A DNA stretch of 39,568 bases from Alphaproteobacteria bacterium (GTDB lineage Bacteria > Pseudomonadota > Alphaproteobacteria > Rs-D84). The position numbers and the translations under genes are program-made. The DNA is taken from positions 1 to 39,568 of the forward strand of contig JAFYXQ010000027.1 in the NCBI GenBank assembly GCA_017546085.1, given 5' to 3'. The notes under the pieces were generated by a model. The model saw only the letters and a program-made list of their open reading frames with translations. It searched no databases and had not been told where the DNA came from. Shown one piece after another: positions 9,449 to 17,859 of the stretch. Each line of letters starts with the position of its first letter. The first letter of the stretch is position 1.

Positions 9449-11012
9449 GGATTTTACCCCCAAAACTTTGCCAACTAATTTAGAAGCAGAACAAGCCGTA
9501 CTGGCCGCGGTTTTAATGAACAACCGTGCACTAGAACGCGTATCAGAATTCCTGAAATATGAACATTTTTCACATCCTGCACATCAAGAAATATACAAGT
9601 TAGCGGAAAAACAATTCGCAGCAGGGATTCCTTTTGATATTATTACGGCGAAAAACTACCTTGACCAACAGGGGGTCTTAGAATCCGTTGGCGGGGTGGA
9701 TTATTTGACCCAATTGTCTGGCGCGGGCGCAACCGTTGTTAACGTGGAACAATACGGACGCATCATCTATGAACATGCGTTACGTCGCCAATTGATTAAT
9801 TTAGGTCAAGATATTATGGACAAGGCATTTATCGAAGACCTTGATACGCCTGTTACACGCCAAATTGAATTAGCAGAATCTAAATTATTTGATATGGCAA
9901 CATCAGGTGCATCTGAACGTGAAATTACATCCATTTCAACTGCGTTACAAAGCGCACTGGCCGAAGCAGAAATCGCATACAAGGCAGATGGACAATTGTC
10001 TGGTCTGACCACGGGACTTAACGCGCTCGATAAATCAATAAGTGGTTTGCACCATTCTGACTTGATTATTATCGCAGGTCGTCCTGCGATGGGAAAAACG
10101 ACATTGGCTATGAATATGGCATTTAACGCCGCAAATGCAATTGCGTATGGGCGCGCAAATAAAAATTACAAGGGCGCCGTCGTATTTTTCAGTCTTGAAA
10201 TGTCCGCATCACAATTGGCGGCACGTGTGCTGTCTTCGCAATCAAAAATTCCTGCATCAGCAATGCGTGAAGGGACATTGACTGATGAAGATTTCCTGAA
10301 AATGTCCCAATATTCTGCTGCAATCGGCAAGGTACCTTTGTTCATAGATGATACACCTGGTATGTCAGTACCGATGATGCGAACACGTGCACGCAGATTG
10401 GCGCGCAAACATGGTGGAATCGCGCTAATTGTAATTGACTACCTGCAATTGATGACAGCCCCAGGTGGCAAACGCAGCGACAACCGCGTTCAGGAAATTT
10501 CTGAAATAACACGCGGTCTTAAAATGCTGGCCAAGGAATTAGATGTTCCTGTTATTGCACTGTCCCAGCTATCCCGAAGTGTAGAAGCGCGCGATGATAA
10601 ACGTCCACAGTTGGCAGACCTGCGTGAATCAGGGTCTATTGAGCAGGACGCGGACATCGTTATGTTTACATATCGTGAAGAGTACTATCTGCAAAACCGC
10701 GACCCATCAGAAAGATTATCAAATACAACAAACAATACAATGGTTGAATCGTGGCAAAAACGCCTTGAAAAAGCACGCGGCAAGGCTGATATCATTATCG
10801 GAAAAAACCGACATGGACGCCCAGAAACGGTTCGTACCGCTTTCTTTGGTGATTACAGTTTATTTGATAATTTGGACGAATTCCAATCGCGTGGCGATGA
10901 TGAATTTGCGCAACCCGCCCAAACAATTTCTGCAAGTTCATTGACACCAGATCCAGATTCTATGCCAACGGCGATTGATCCAAATGAAATTCCTGATGAT
11001 ATGCCGTTGTAA
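9447..11012 (+). CDS. dnaB: replicative DNA helicase DnaB
   Basis: Start moved to MDFTPKTLPTNLEAEQAVLAAVL (GAAGGA SD). Walker A GRPAMGKTT, Walker B LIVIDYLQLM, SQLSR and ADIVMF are present. There is an acidic C-terminal tail of about 45 aa. Confidence 0.93.
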   Translation: MDFTPKTLPTNLEAEQAVLAAVLMNNRALERVSEFLKYEHFSHPAHQEIYKLAEKQFAAGIPFDIITAKNYLDQQGVLESVGGVDYLTQLSGAGATVVNVEQYGRIIYEHALRRQLINLGQDIMDKAFIEDLDTPVTRQIELAESKLFDMATSGASEREITSISTALQSALAEAEIAYKADGQLSGLTTGLNALDKSISGLHHSDLIIIAGRPAMGKTTLAMNMAFNAANAIAYGRANKNYKGAVVFFSLEMSASQLAARVLSSQSKIPASAMREGTLTDEDFLKMSQYSAAIGKVPLFIDDTPGMSVPMMRTRARRLARKHGGIALIVIDYLQLMTAPGGKRSDNRVQEISEITRGLKMLAKELDVPVIALSQLSRSVEARDDKRPQLADLRESGSIEQDADIVMFTYREEYYLQNRDPSERLSNTTNNTMVESWQKRLEKARGKADIIIGKNRHGRPETVRTAFFGDYSLFDNLDEFQSRGDDEFAQPAQTISASSLTPDPDSMPTAIDPNEIPDDMPL

Positions 11013-11026
11013 AAAATAATTATTTT

Positions 11027-11067
11027 ACTTGCGCAAGTCCTAAAAATTGACTATTATTTTGTCAAGT
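11027..11067 (+). promoter_or_regulatory. candidate operator/promoter region upstream of the double-HTH gene
   Basis: Perfect 12-bp palindrome ACTTGCGCAAGT (11027-11038). An inverted TTGAC/GTCAA pair lies at 11047-11065, and a further CAAGT half-site at 11063-11067. Confidence 0.3.
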
Positions 11068-11089
11068 AATAGTTTTTAGGAGTTTTGCT

Positions 11090-12097
11090 ATGGCCCAAGA
11101 AGAAATTATATTTCCAAATAATATTCGCAACATTCGTTTGGCAAGCGGCATGAAAATGACAGAATTGGCACGAAAAAGTGGCCTGTCCCTGTCTGCTGTT
11201 TCAAAAATCGAAAAAGGTGTACGTCGCCTGAACCAAAAGCAGTTGTTGAATGTTTGCAATATCTTAGGATGCAAATTATCTGATATTTTCATCAAGGAAT
11301 CTGATGAGGTTGCAGACAAATGGCAAAACGAAATCAAACGTCGTATGAATGATAACGAAAATAATGGACTGAAAATTTTTGGTAGTGGGCTGCGCAAAAT
11401 TCGTCAATTATCTGGAAAAACAATTGCACGCGCCGCCAAGGATGCAGGTATGACATTATCTGTTTATCATAAAATCGAGGTTGGCCAACGTGAAATCTAT
11501 CAGAATGAAATTGAACCGTTGGCAAAATCTTTTGCAATGGGCGCAGAACAAATGTTTGATAAAATTGCTGATTTATACAAATCTGGCGAATTGAACAAAC
11601 ACATCAATAAGGTTAAAGAACGTGTTAAATCTGTTCTTATTCCTGGCAGTCCTGTATCTGGCATTGATATGCAGGGCAGTTTGTATGGCGCAAAATTGTA
11701 TGATAGCGCACGTAAAAAGTTAGTTCCTGTGTTTGGTACACCATCTGGGAAATCAATTGCATTCAAAAAATCTGACAAGACAATGATTGTTGCGCCTGGC
11801 GAACTCGAAGGACGCAAGGGTGTTTATGCCATTATTCCAAATACAAAAAGATTAGGTGGAATCATTCCTGAAAAATCGTATGTTTTTGCAGATGCTACAA
11901 AAACCGCCCAAGTTGGCGATTTGGCAGTATGTATCGATACTGACTTTGATTCATTGGATACAGAAACCACTGTTTCTGCACAAATTGTCAGCGTACGTAA
12001 AGATGCCAAGGGAAAGATTTTTGGACATGTTTTATCCCCAGAAGAAAAAATTGTTGGAAAAACCATGCACCGTATCGTTATGATTATCATGGAATAA
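11090..12097 (+). CDS. XRE-family regulator with two HTH domains and a degenerate S24/LexA-like C-terminal domain
   Basis: Two Cro/C1-type HTH units are present (IRNIRLASGMKMTELARKSGLSLSAVSKIEKG and LRKIRQLSGKTIARAAKDAGMTLSVYHKIEVG). The C-terminus has a GD-hydrophobic beta pattern like the S24 fold, but GII replaces the catalytic Ser motif. An AGGAG SD is present. Confidence 0.7.
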   Translation: MAQEEIIFPNNIRNIRLASGMKMTELARKSGLSLSAVSKIEKGVRRLNQKQLLNVCNILGCKLSDIFIKESDEVADKWQNEIKRRMNDNENNGLKIFGSGLRKIRQLSGKTIARAAKDAGMTLSVYHKIEVGQREIYQNEIEPLAKSFAMGAEQMFDKIADLYKSGELNKHINKVKERVKSVLIPGSPVSGIDMQGSLYGAKLYDSARKKLVPVFGTPSGKSIAFKKSDKTMIVAPGELEGRKGVYAIIPNTKRLGGIIPEKSYVFADATKTAQVGDLAVCIDTDFDSLDTETTVSAQIVSVRKDAKGKIFGHVLSPEEKIVGKTMHRIVMIIME

Positions 12098-12125
12098 TCT
12101 ATAACCATAACAGGAGAGAGACACC

Positions 12126-12764
12126 ATGAAGGCAAAAATTCGCACAAACGCATCAAAGCTGCTAAATCTATATCGTCAGGCGCACGTTATTGTTGGTGGT
12201 TGGTCCGCAGTTAACCCTATCTTCGTTAATGAAACAACAGATGAAATTATTCAGGAATTGCAAAATATGCCAACGGGTAATTTGTTGATTCAGCATATCC
12301 AGAATCTGCGCAATGGCATAACCCCAATGAATACGATTAATCGCGAATTGTTACCATATGGCGGTATGATGGCGGACGAGGTTTTATCAATTTCACTAAC
12401 TAATGCGCAATGGCGTGAAATCGAAGATGCGGTTAATGAATTTACACCCGATGAATATGGTTTAAATCATTTTTTGTCCCTTGATATTGTAAAGCGTTTT
12501 GGTGCGGAATGGCCCACTGCGTTACGTGCAATATTATCTGAAAAACCATACCTGAAAGAAAAATGGGATACTGTAATCCAAACATATAATGCATATCGGC
12601 TGTGGAATACTGCACGTGATATTATCGCTGCACCAATTTCTGAACGCGTGCGCGCACAGGTTCAGGTTGATATGCCAGAATACGAAACATATCTGCCAAT
12701 GTTTGGCGACGCGGGTACAGATTTGCTTGAAAAACTGCGTACATTTATCAGTTCCATGAATTAG
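12126..12764 (+). CDS. hypothetical protein
   Basis: 212-aa ORF with a GGAGAG SD. It converges on the TerL N-half stop with a 2-nt gap. I recognise no family. Confidence 0.55.
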   Translation: MKAKIRTNASKLLNLYRQAHVIVGGWSAVNPIFVNETTDEIIQELQNMPTGNLLIQHIQNLRNGITPMNTINRELLPYGGMMADEVLSISLTNAQWREIEDAVNEFTPDEYGLNHFLSLDIVKRFGAEWPTALRAILSEKPYLKEKWDTVIQTYNAYRLWNTARDIIAAPISERVRAQVQVDMPEYETYLPMFGDAGTDLLEKLRTFISSMN

Positions 12765-12766
12765 TA

Positions 12767-13363
12767 CTATTCTGTTCGATATATTGTATCGTGCGTATGT
12801 GGTGTTCCGATGTATATCATCGAACCTGATGGCGATAAGATAAAATCAAGCTCGCGCAGTCTTTCGCGTAAATCTTCACGTTTCTGTACCGTGTTTGATG
12901 TGTTTGGAACCTCGACATCGTCGCATATTATTAGGTCTGCACGCATACCTGTTATATTTCCATGAATTCCCTGACAGATAACAGAAGGCTCACGAATCCC
13001 AATTGGCCGATTAATCGTTATGCGACCCGCAGACCATTCTTTCTTGTTCGCTGGAATCAATTCTGTACACCATGGATGATTTTCCAATATATGCCGAATA
13101 TGCGAAACCATGCGTGTCGACAAACCATTTTCCGCAGACAATATTAAAATTCGCGTCTGTGGGTATAAATACAAAACACATGTGGCAAATATACCTACAA
13201 CCGTGGATTTACCAGAATGCCGAAATGCCATTAACAATCCACGGCGCGGCGATTCTTCAAAGACACTCACCAAAAATTCCATTATTCGACGGTGATGCGC
13301 TGGGGTCGCAAAACCTAAAACACGATTCCATTCATCTAAAAAACTAACAAATTCCGCAATCAT
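12767..13363 (-). CDS. terminase large subunit, N-terminal (ATPase) half of a split gene
   Basis: Walker A FRHSGKST, Walker B DLIICDDVE and IYIGTP are present. The ORF stops right after the ATPase core (…HDTIYRTE*). Confidence 0.8.
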   Translation of the reverse strand: MIAEFVSFLDEWNRVLGFATPAHHRRIMEFLVSVFEESPRRGLLMAFRHSGKSTVVGIFATCVLYLYPQTRILILSAENGLSTRMVSHIRHILENHPWCTELIPANKKEWSAGRITINRPIGIREPSVICQGIHGNITGMRADLIICDDVEVPNTSNTVQKREDLRERLRELDFILSPSGSMIYIGTPHTHDTIYRTE

Positions 13364-13704
13364 GCCAGTTCATCGATTCTTGATAGCAAAGACCTTAATA
13401 GGTTTGTTTTTTTAGCCTTGGCCGTTTTTAATTTGTTTAAATTTGTAATATGTTTTTCTTCGTATGGCGCTGCGGTTTCTGACTTAAGACGCTTTAAAAC
13501 CGCACCTTCGCTGATACCAGTCGCCGACATTCCTGATGCGCCAAATTTTGCACGTTGGGTCGCAAGTGCTTTTTTAACGAGATTTGTTTTTTCTTTTTTA
13601 TCTGATGCCATTTGCATCAAGATTTCTTTGCGTTGTGATTTTGCCGTTTTTTTATCATCTTTGTAATCTAGCAAGTCTGTTACGTCAGATACAATTTGCC
13701 CCAT
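13360..13704 (-). CDS. Lys-rich small protein (possible small terminase or internal protein, by position only)
   Basis: 114-aa ORF whose stop overlaps the TerL-N start (ATGA). I recognise no motif. Confidence 0.5.
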   Translation of the reverse strand: MGQIVSDVTDLLDYKDDKKTAKSQRKEILMQMASDKKEKTNLVKKALATQRAKFGASGMSATGISEGAVLKRLKSETAAPYEEKHITNLNKLKTAKAKKTNLLRSLLSRIDELA

Positions 13705-13738
13705 TTTAAATCCTTTTTATTTTATGTGTTGTTTTTTG

Positions 13739-15454
13739 TTAAATGCTATAACTGCCATAAATTGTTACGGATATAACCGTTATTGGATACGGTTCTGAAC
13801 CATGTATCACCCAAATTGGTTTCATAAAATCGCCGCTTGTTCCAAATAAATTGATAGACACATCGCCACTGAAACCTGTGCAATCTGATGTGTATATTTC
13901 ATTTGGCAACGATACACGATGATTATTTATGAAGACCGATTTGGTATCAATTACACGCGCAGTTAATTTTCGTACCCTGAATTTTTGTGCGTTATGTTTT
14001 GAAAAACGCAATGGTAAACCAGATGCACAAAACGAAATATTCATATTTCCGCAATCATACATTTCATTGACATCAAAATATTCCAATAAAAAATTATCGC
14101 CACGCGCAATCACAGCATAGGTTTTATTATCGCATGTACATACTGATAAAAATCTGCCATTTGTTTTATAGGTGCCCCATGCTGATATTCCCAATGTTGA
14201 ATTACGATTCAAGACCGCCATTTCACCATCCGAACGCACAATATACAAACGCCTTTGCGATGCGTTATAAGTCATATCTGTCGGTTCATGCAGCAAATGC
14301 TTGGACAATGCACACAAATCGTTTGCGTTATATTTCCCCCCTATTTCATCAAGGCTTAACTCACGAACGTCATGCCCATTCCCTGATATAAATATTGTTG
14401 TATTTTCTATTTTTTGTGGTGGTAAATAATGTGATGGATACGAACCGACTGATGTATGTTGCATAATATTAACAGACGACGGGGTTAGTGGACTATTTGA
14501 TATTACCCATTCCCCAACATTTGTCAGGATCTGCAGGTTATCACTGCTGACAATTGTACAAATTTGCTGACGCTGCTTTGATAGCAGGGTTATAAATATT
14601 GCTTCGTTGTCAAGGCCTGTACCGACATTAAAATTATCATGCACCCCAACATGAGACATCCATATTCCCGATGGCCAATCGCGCGAACCGCCAAATATCA
14701 ATCTATCCTGATGAAATGTGATACTGCATGGCCAACCACGACGATTGCTGAACGCAGATTCAGACCAATCGGATATCGCATTTGATGGCGCAGTATATGA
14801 ACCATTCGTATATGCAACAACCTGGGTTGGGCTGATATATTCTGTTATCAACCACTGACGTTCAAGAAAATATAAACGTCCCAAGACATTATCGGATGTC
14901 CAAAAATTCTTATTCGTGGTTAATGTTGCATAATTATTGCCGGTATTATTTGCAGATACAGTGATGGTAATATCAGATGCGTCATCAAATTTTAAAAATG
15001 GTATATTCACAGACATATATGAATCATTGCGCAAGAACGCAAAATCAGACATTTTAAAAATATCATCATCCTTGCTTAGAACTTGGGGCATATGATCGGG
15101 ATGAACAAATATCATCGTGCCAAATCGTTGGGCGTATTGCAATAATGATAAATCCTGATACGACCACGGTGTAATCAAATCTTGATATCGCGTATCGTTA
15201 TGATATATATACATATGGTAATCTGTCATAACGATTAAATATTCTTCATCGTCTGATATAGAAAAGGAAATTAGACGCGCCGCACCACGCAATGTCGCAA
15301 TACTTTTTAAACCCGCACGACGTGATAAACCGCCACCAGATAGAACATCCATATTTTCTAATTTTGACAACCCATTTATATTATCACGTGCAAAAAATTC
15401 GGGCGAAACTTCGCCATCAGAAAATAAATTCTGCGTTTTTATAAATTCTGTCAT
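13739..15454 (-). CDS. tail tubular protein B / nozzle, T7 gp12-like
   Basis: N-terminus SDGEVSPEFFARDNINGLSKLENMDVLSGGGLSRRAGL parallels T7 gp12 KGGISQQPDILRYPDQGSRQVNGWSSETEGLQKRPPL. The internal FHQDRLIFGGS parallels gp12 FFRNRLGFLSG. At 571 aa it is shorter than gp12. Confidence 0.6.
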   Translation of the reverse strand: MTEFIKTQNLFSDGEVSPEFFARDNINGLSKLENMDVLSGGGLSRRAGLKSIATLRGAARLISFSISDDEEYLIVMTDYHMYIYHNDTRYQDLITPWSYQDLSLLQYAQRFGTMIFVHPDHMPQVLSKDDDIFKMSDFAFLRNDSYMSVNIPFLKFDDASDITITVSANNTGNNYATLTTNKNFWTSDNVLGRLYFLERQWLITEYISPTQVVAYTNGSYTAPSNAISDWSESAFSNRRGWPCSITFHQDRLIFGGSRDWPSGIWMSHVGVHDNFNVGTGLDNEAIFITLLSKQRQQICTIVSSDNLQILTNVGEWVISNSPLTPSSVNIMQHTSVGSYPSHYLPPQKIENTTIFISGNGHDVRELSLDEIGGKYNANDLCALSKHLLHEPTDMTYNASQRRLYIVRSDGEMAVLNRNSTLGISAWGTYKTNGRFLSVCTCDNKTYAVIARGDNFLLEYFDVNEMYDCGNMNISFCASGLPLRFSKHNAQKFRVRKLTARVIDTKSVFINNHRVSLPNEIYTSDCTGFSGDVSINLFGTSGDFMKPIWVIHGSEPYPITVISVTIYGSYSI

Positions 15455-15481
15455 AAAAAATCCCCTATGGTTTGCACAAAT

Positions 15482-16000
15482 TTAATAACGAACGTTTAAT
15501 AATGAAAAATTAGATATAGATTCAGAAGTACATGATGTGCTGTCTATAAATTTTGCAGACTGTAATTCTGTTTCATACAATGCAACCAACATTCTGTATA
15601 TTGAACTATCACCAATTAGCGGCATACAAAATTCCATTGCGAGACGGGTCGCCGCCAAGGAAACAAAATAACTAGGGAAGTATTCGGGCGACGTCCGCAC
15701 AAGCGCAGCTATCGTTGTTTTATCGCCTATGGCAGATATTTTATTTCCTAATATTTTACCCCTGCTTTTTATTATTCGTAAAACATTTGATGGAATAATA
15801 AAATCACCATCTGTGTTTTTTATTAATTCCATATCACATGTTGCAAAGCGCCATGGATACGATGAAATTAATGTATCAATTACAACATCAAATAATGTGC
15901 GCGATAATTTTGCAGACGCACTATCATCTGAAAAGGACTGAATTGGGGATTCCCCAAGTTTTAATAACGCCATAGAACATAAGTCTATTTTTGTAACCAT
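15482..16000 (-). CDS. tail tubular protein A / adaptor, T7 gp11-like
   Basis: IDLCSMALLKLGESPIQSFSDDSASAKLSRTLFDVVIDTLISSYPWRF parallels T7 gp11 [45 protein letters not shown]. An AGGGGG SD is present. Confidence 0.65.
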   Translation of the reverse strand: MVTKIDLCSMALLKLGESPIQSFSDDSASAKLSRTLFDVVIDTLISSYPWRFATCDMELIKNTDGDFIIPSNVLRIIKSRGKILGNKISAIGDKTTIAALVRTSPEYFPSYFVSLAATRLAMEFCMPLIGDSSIYRMLVALYETELQSAKFIDSTSCTSESISNFSLLNVRY

Positions 16001-16031
16001 AAAATTCCCCCTATTATCTTTTAATCAAATC

Positions 16032-16060
16032 AAGGTCGGCGATATCACCGACCTTTTTTT
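16032..16060. terminator. hairpin between the capsid-proximal genes and the tube genes
   Basis: Stem AAGGTCGG / CCGACCTT with an 8-nt loop. The plus strand has T7 downstream, so on the minus strand an A-run precedes the stem. This is a bidirectional-type hairpin. Confidence 0.45.
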
Positions 16061-16078
16061 AAACAAATATAAATAAAA

Positions 16079-16309
16079 TTATGACAACGCAATCGTTGTT
16101 ACATTCAAATCTGTAACGTTGATTTTTTTGATAGCTGTATTATCTGAACCATTGATAATTATAATATCACCAATGTTCATCAACGTTTTAACACTGTTAA
16201 AATAACCGTTGGCGGAAATTGTCGCCAATGTTTCAGGCGCGCTATAATGCCACAATGTAAATCCGTTTGCATACGCAATTACAGATAAATTTTTATTCTG
16301 AAATGCCAT
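16079..16309 (-). CDS. small protein downstream of the capsid gene (decoration or head-completion candidate)
   Basis: Start moved to MAFQNKN (AAGGAAA SD), giving 76 aa. Function is unknown. Confidence 0.5.
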   Translation of the reverse strand: MAFQNKNLSVIAYANGFTLWHYSAPETLATISANGYFNSVKTLMNIGDIIIINGSDNTAIKKINVTDLNVTTIALS

Positions 16310-16338
16310 GTTATTTTCCTTTTGGTAAAATTGTGAAA

Positions 16339-17166
16339 CTATGCAATATCGCCATCCGAACACTTAATGCGAACAATACCATCGCCGTCAATTAAAACAG
16401 CCCCTTGGGACATACTGTTGCTGATAAAGTGCGCCGCACGTTCCCCATGCCAAGAAATATCCGTTTTAACTTCCTGACCACAGGCATGACCAATACTTGT
16501 CGCATGATAAATAAAACAATCGCGATTTGTTTCGCTGACCGGCAGACCGTTATACAACACCCAATTGATACCCAACCATTTGCGATTTTCAAAACCATTT
16601 AACAACGGTGTATTGGACCCAACATAATCAGCAGAAACAAATTCATCCATTGACAATAATTCATTCCACTGATGCACACCAACAACTGCAAAACGACGAC
16701 CATCGTCTGGAACGTCATTTGTGTTCAAGATTTCAACTGCTGATAAAATCAATTCTTTGGTCAGACCTGTTGAATAATCACCAACAGATGCAGTTGTGGT
16801 GTTCATCGCTTCAACAATTAATTCATCCGTCTTGCGTCCCAATGCATATGCACCAGCAGATGCAACAACACGACGTTCGTCGATGTTTGTTTTTAATTCA
16901 TCCATGCTGTCAACCCAATCGCCAGCATAGTAATCTTGTAATAAACATTCAACCGGTTCATGATTTAAATTCATCACAGGAACAATCCCATGACGCGATT
17001 TTGTGCTGGCAATGCCACGACCAACCTTTTGAAAGGTTGTAGATGCACCGACAACACCTGATTTACTGCGTATTGTGCCACGCAATTTTGTGCCCATTTG
17101 CTGATACGCCAAATGAACATCTGCTTCGAATTGTTTTACGAAGACATTATCTATGGAAACAGACAT
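16339..17166 (-). CDS. major capsid protein (HK97-fold, T7 gp10-like N-terminus)
   Basis: Start moved to MSVSIDNVFVKQF (AAGGGA SD). FVKQFEADVHLAYQQ...GASTTFQKVGRG parallels T7 gp10 FLKVFGGEVLTAF...GKSAQFPVLGRT. It lies after a scaffold-like gene. Confidence 0.78.
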   Translation of the reverse strand: MSVSIDNVFVKQFEADVHLAYQQMGTKLRGTIRSKSGVVGASTTFQKVGRGIASTKSRHGIVPVMNLNHEPVECLLQDYYAGDWVDSMDELKTNIDERRVVASAGAYALGRKTDELIVEAMNTTTASVGDYSTGLTKELILSAVEILNTNDVPDDGRRFAVVGVHQWNELLSMDEFVSADYVGSNTPLLNGFENRKWLGINWVLYNGLPVSETNRDCFIYHATSIGHACGQEVKTDISWHGERAAHFISNSMSQGAVLIDGDGIVRIKCSDGDIA

Positions 17167-17353
17167 AAAAAAATCCCTTGTGTTAAAATTAAAAGACCGA
17201 CACATCTGTATCGGTGTTCTGATTTTGTATTTTGGTTATGCAAATAATGCGCCAGAAAAACAAAAGGTTATTTGGGTCCGTAACTTAATACAGATTATCC
17301 GATAAAAAAATATCAGTCAGACTGTGCACATTTAATCTGACTGATAAATTTCT

Positions 17354-17380
17354 AAAAAAATCCCCCGCTGATGCGGGGGA
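17354..17380 (-). terminator. intrinsic terminator after the Lys/Ala-rich gene
   Basis: Stem TCCCCCGC / GCGGGGGA with a 4-nt loop, followed on the minus strand by T7. Confidence 0.7.
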
Positions 17381-17387
17381 AATTATT

Positions 17388-17753
17388 TTATTTTTTCTTG
17401 CAAACTTTTTTTGCAACTGGTTTTTTTACTGCCACTTTTTTTACAGCAACTTTTTTTGCAGCTGGTTTTACAGCTACTTTTTTAACTGTTGCTTTCTTTG
17501 CAACTGGTTTCGCAGCAACTTTCTTAACTGCTACTTTCTTTGCAGGTGCTTTCTTTGCAACTGGTTTCGCAGCAACTTTTTTAACTGCTACTTTCTTCGC
17601 AGGTGCTTTCTTTGCAACTGGTTTCGCAGCAACTTTTTTAACTGCTGCTTTCTTCGCAGGTGCTTTTTTTGCAACTGGTTTCGCAGCAACTTTCTTTTCA
17701 GCAGCCTTTGCAGCAGCTTTCTTCGCGGCAGATTTTCTAAACAAGAATGCCAT
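17388..17753 (-). CDS. Lys/Ala-rich histone-H1-like basic protein
   Basis: Start moved to MAFLFRKSAAKK (AAAGGAGAG SD). The protein is almost entirely the repeat KKAPAKKVAVKKVAAKPVA. Confidence 0.7.
   Translation of the reverse strand: MAFLFRKSAAKKAAAKAAEKKVAAKPVAKKAPAKKAAVKKVAAKPVAKKAPAKKVAVKKVAAKPVAKKAPAKKVAVKKVAAKPVAKKATVKKVAVKPAAKKVAVKKVAVKKPVAKKVCKKK
17500..17700. repeat. 57-bp tandem repeat, about 3.5 copies, inside the Lys/Ala-rich gene
   Basis: The unit gcaactggtttcgcagcaactttcttaactgctactttctttgcaggtgctttcttt repeats at 17500, 17557 and 17614 with few substitutions, and a partial copy follows. Confidence 0.85.
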
Positions 17754-17859
17754 TCTTTCTCTCCTTTCACTAATTTTTGGATAGAACAAATCCGTTTTGT
17801 TCTTGATTTACATTTTATACTAAATACAAAAATTAGTAAAGCGGAAAGTACATATTTTT

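Noticed and set aside
9400-12790. Possible target-site duplication or terminal repeats at the two terminase junctions
   Set aside because: Both junctions encode (I/L)-Y followed by charged residues, but nucleotide identity is only about 10 of 18 in AT-rich sequence. That is not distinguishable from chance by eye. No inverted repeats were seen.
8585-13363. Intron or intein as the explanation for the split terminase
   Set aside because: The intervening 3.3 kb carries three full genes on the opposite strand. The N-half ends at a stop codon, and no intein splice motifs or group I/II intron hallmarks were recognised.
17371-17784. 137-aa plus-strand ORF rich in F/A/T, opposite the Lys/Ala-rich gene
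   Set aside because: It is the antisense mirror of the AAG/GCA-rich repeat. It has no SD, whereas the minus-strand frame has a strong SD and a terminator.
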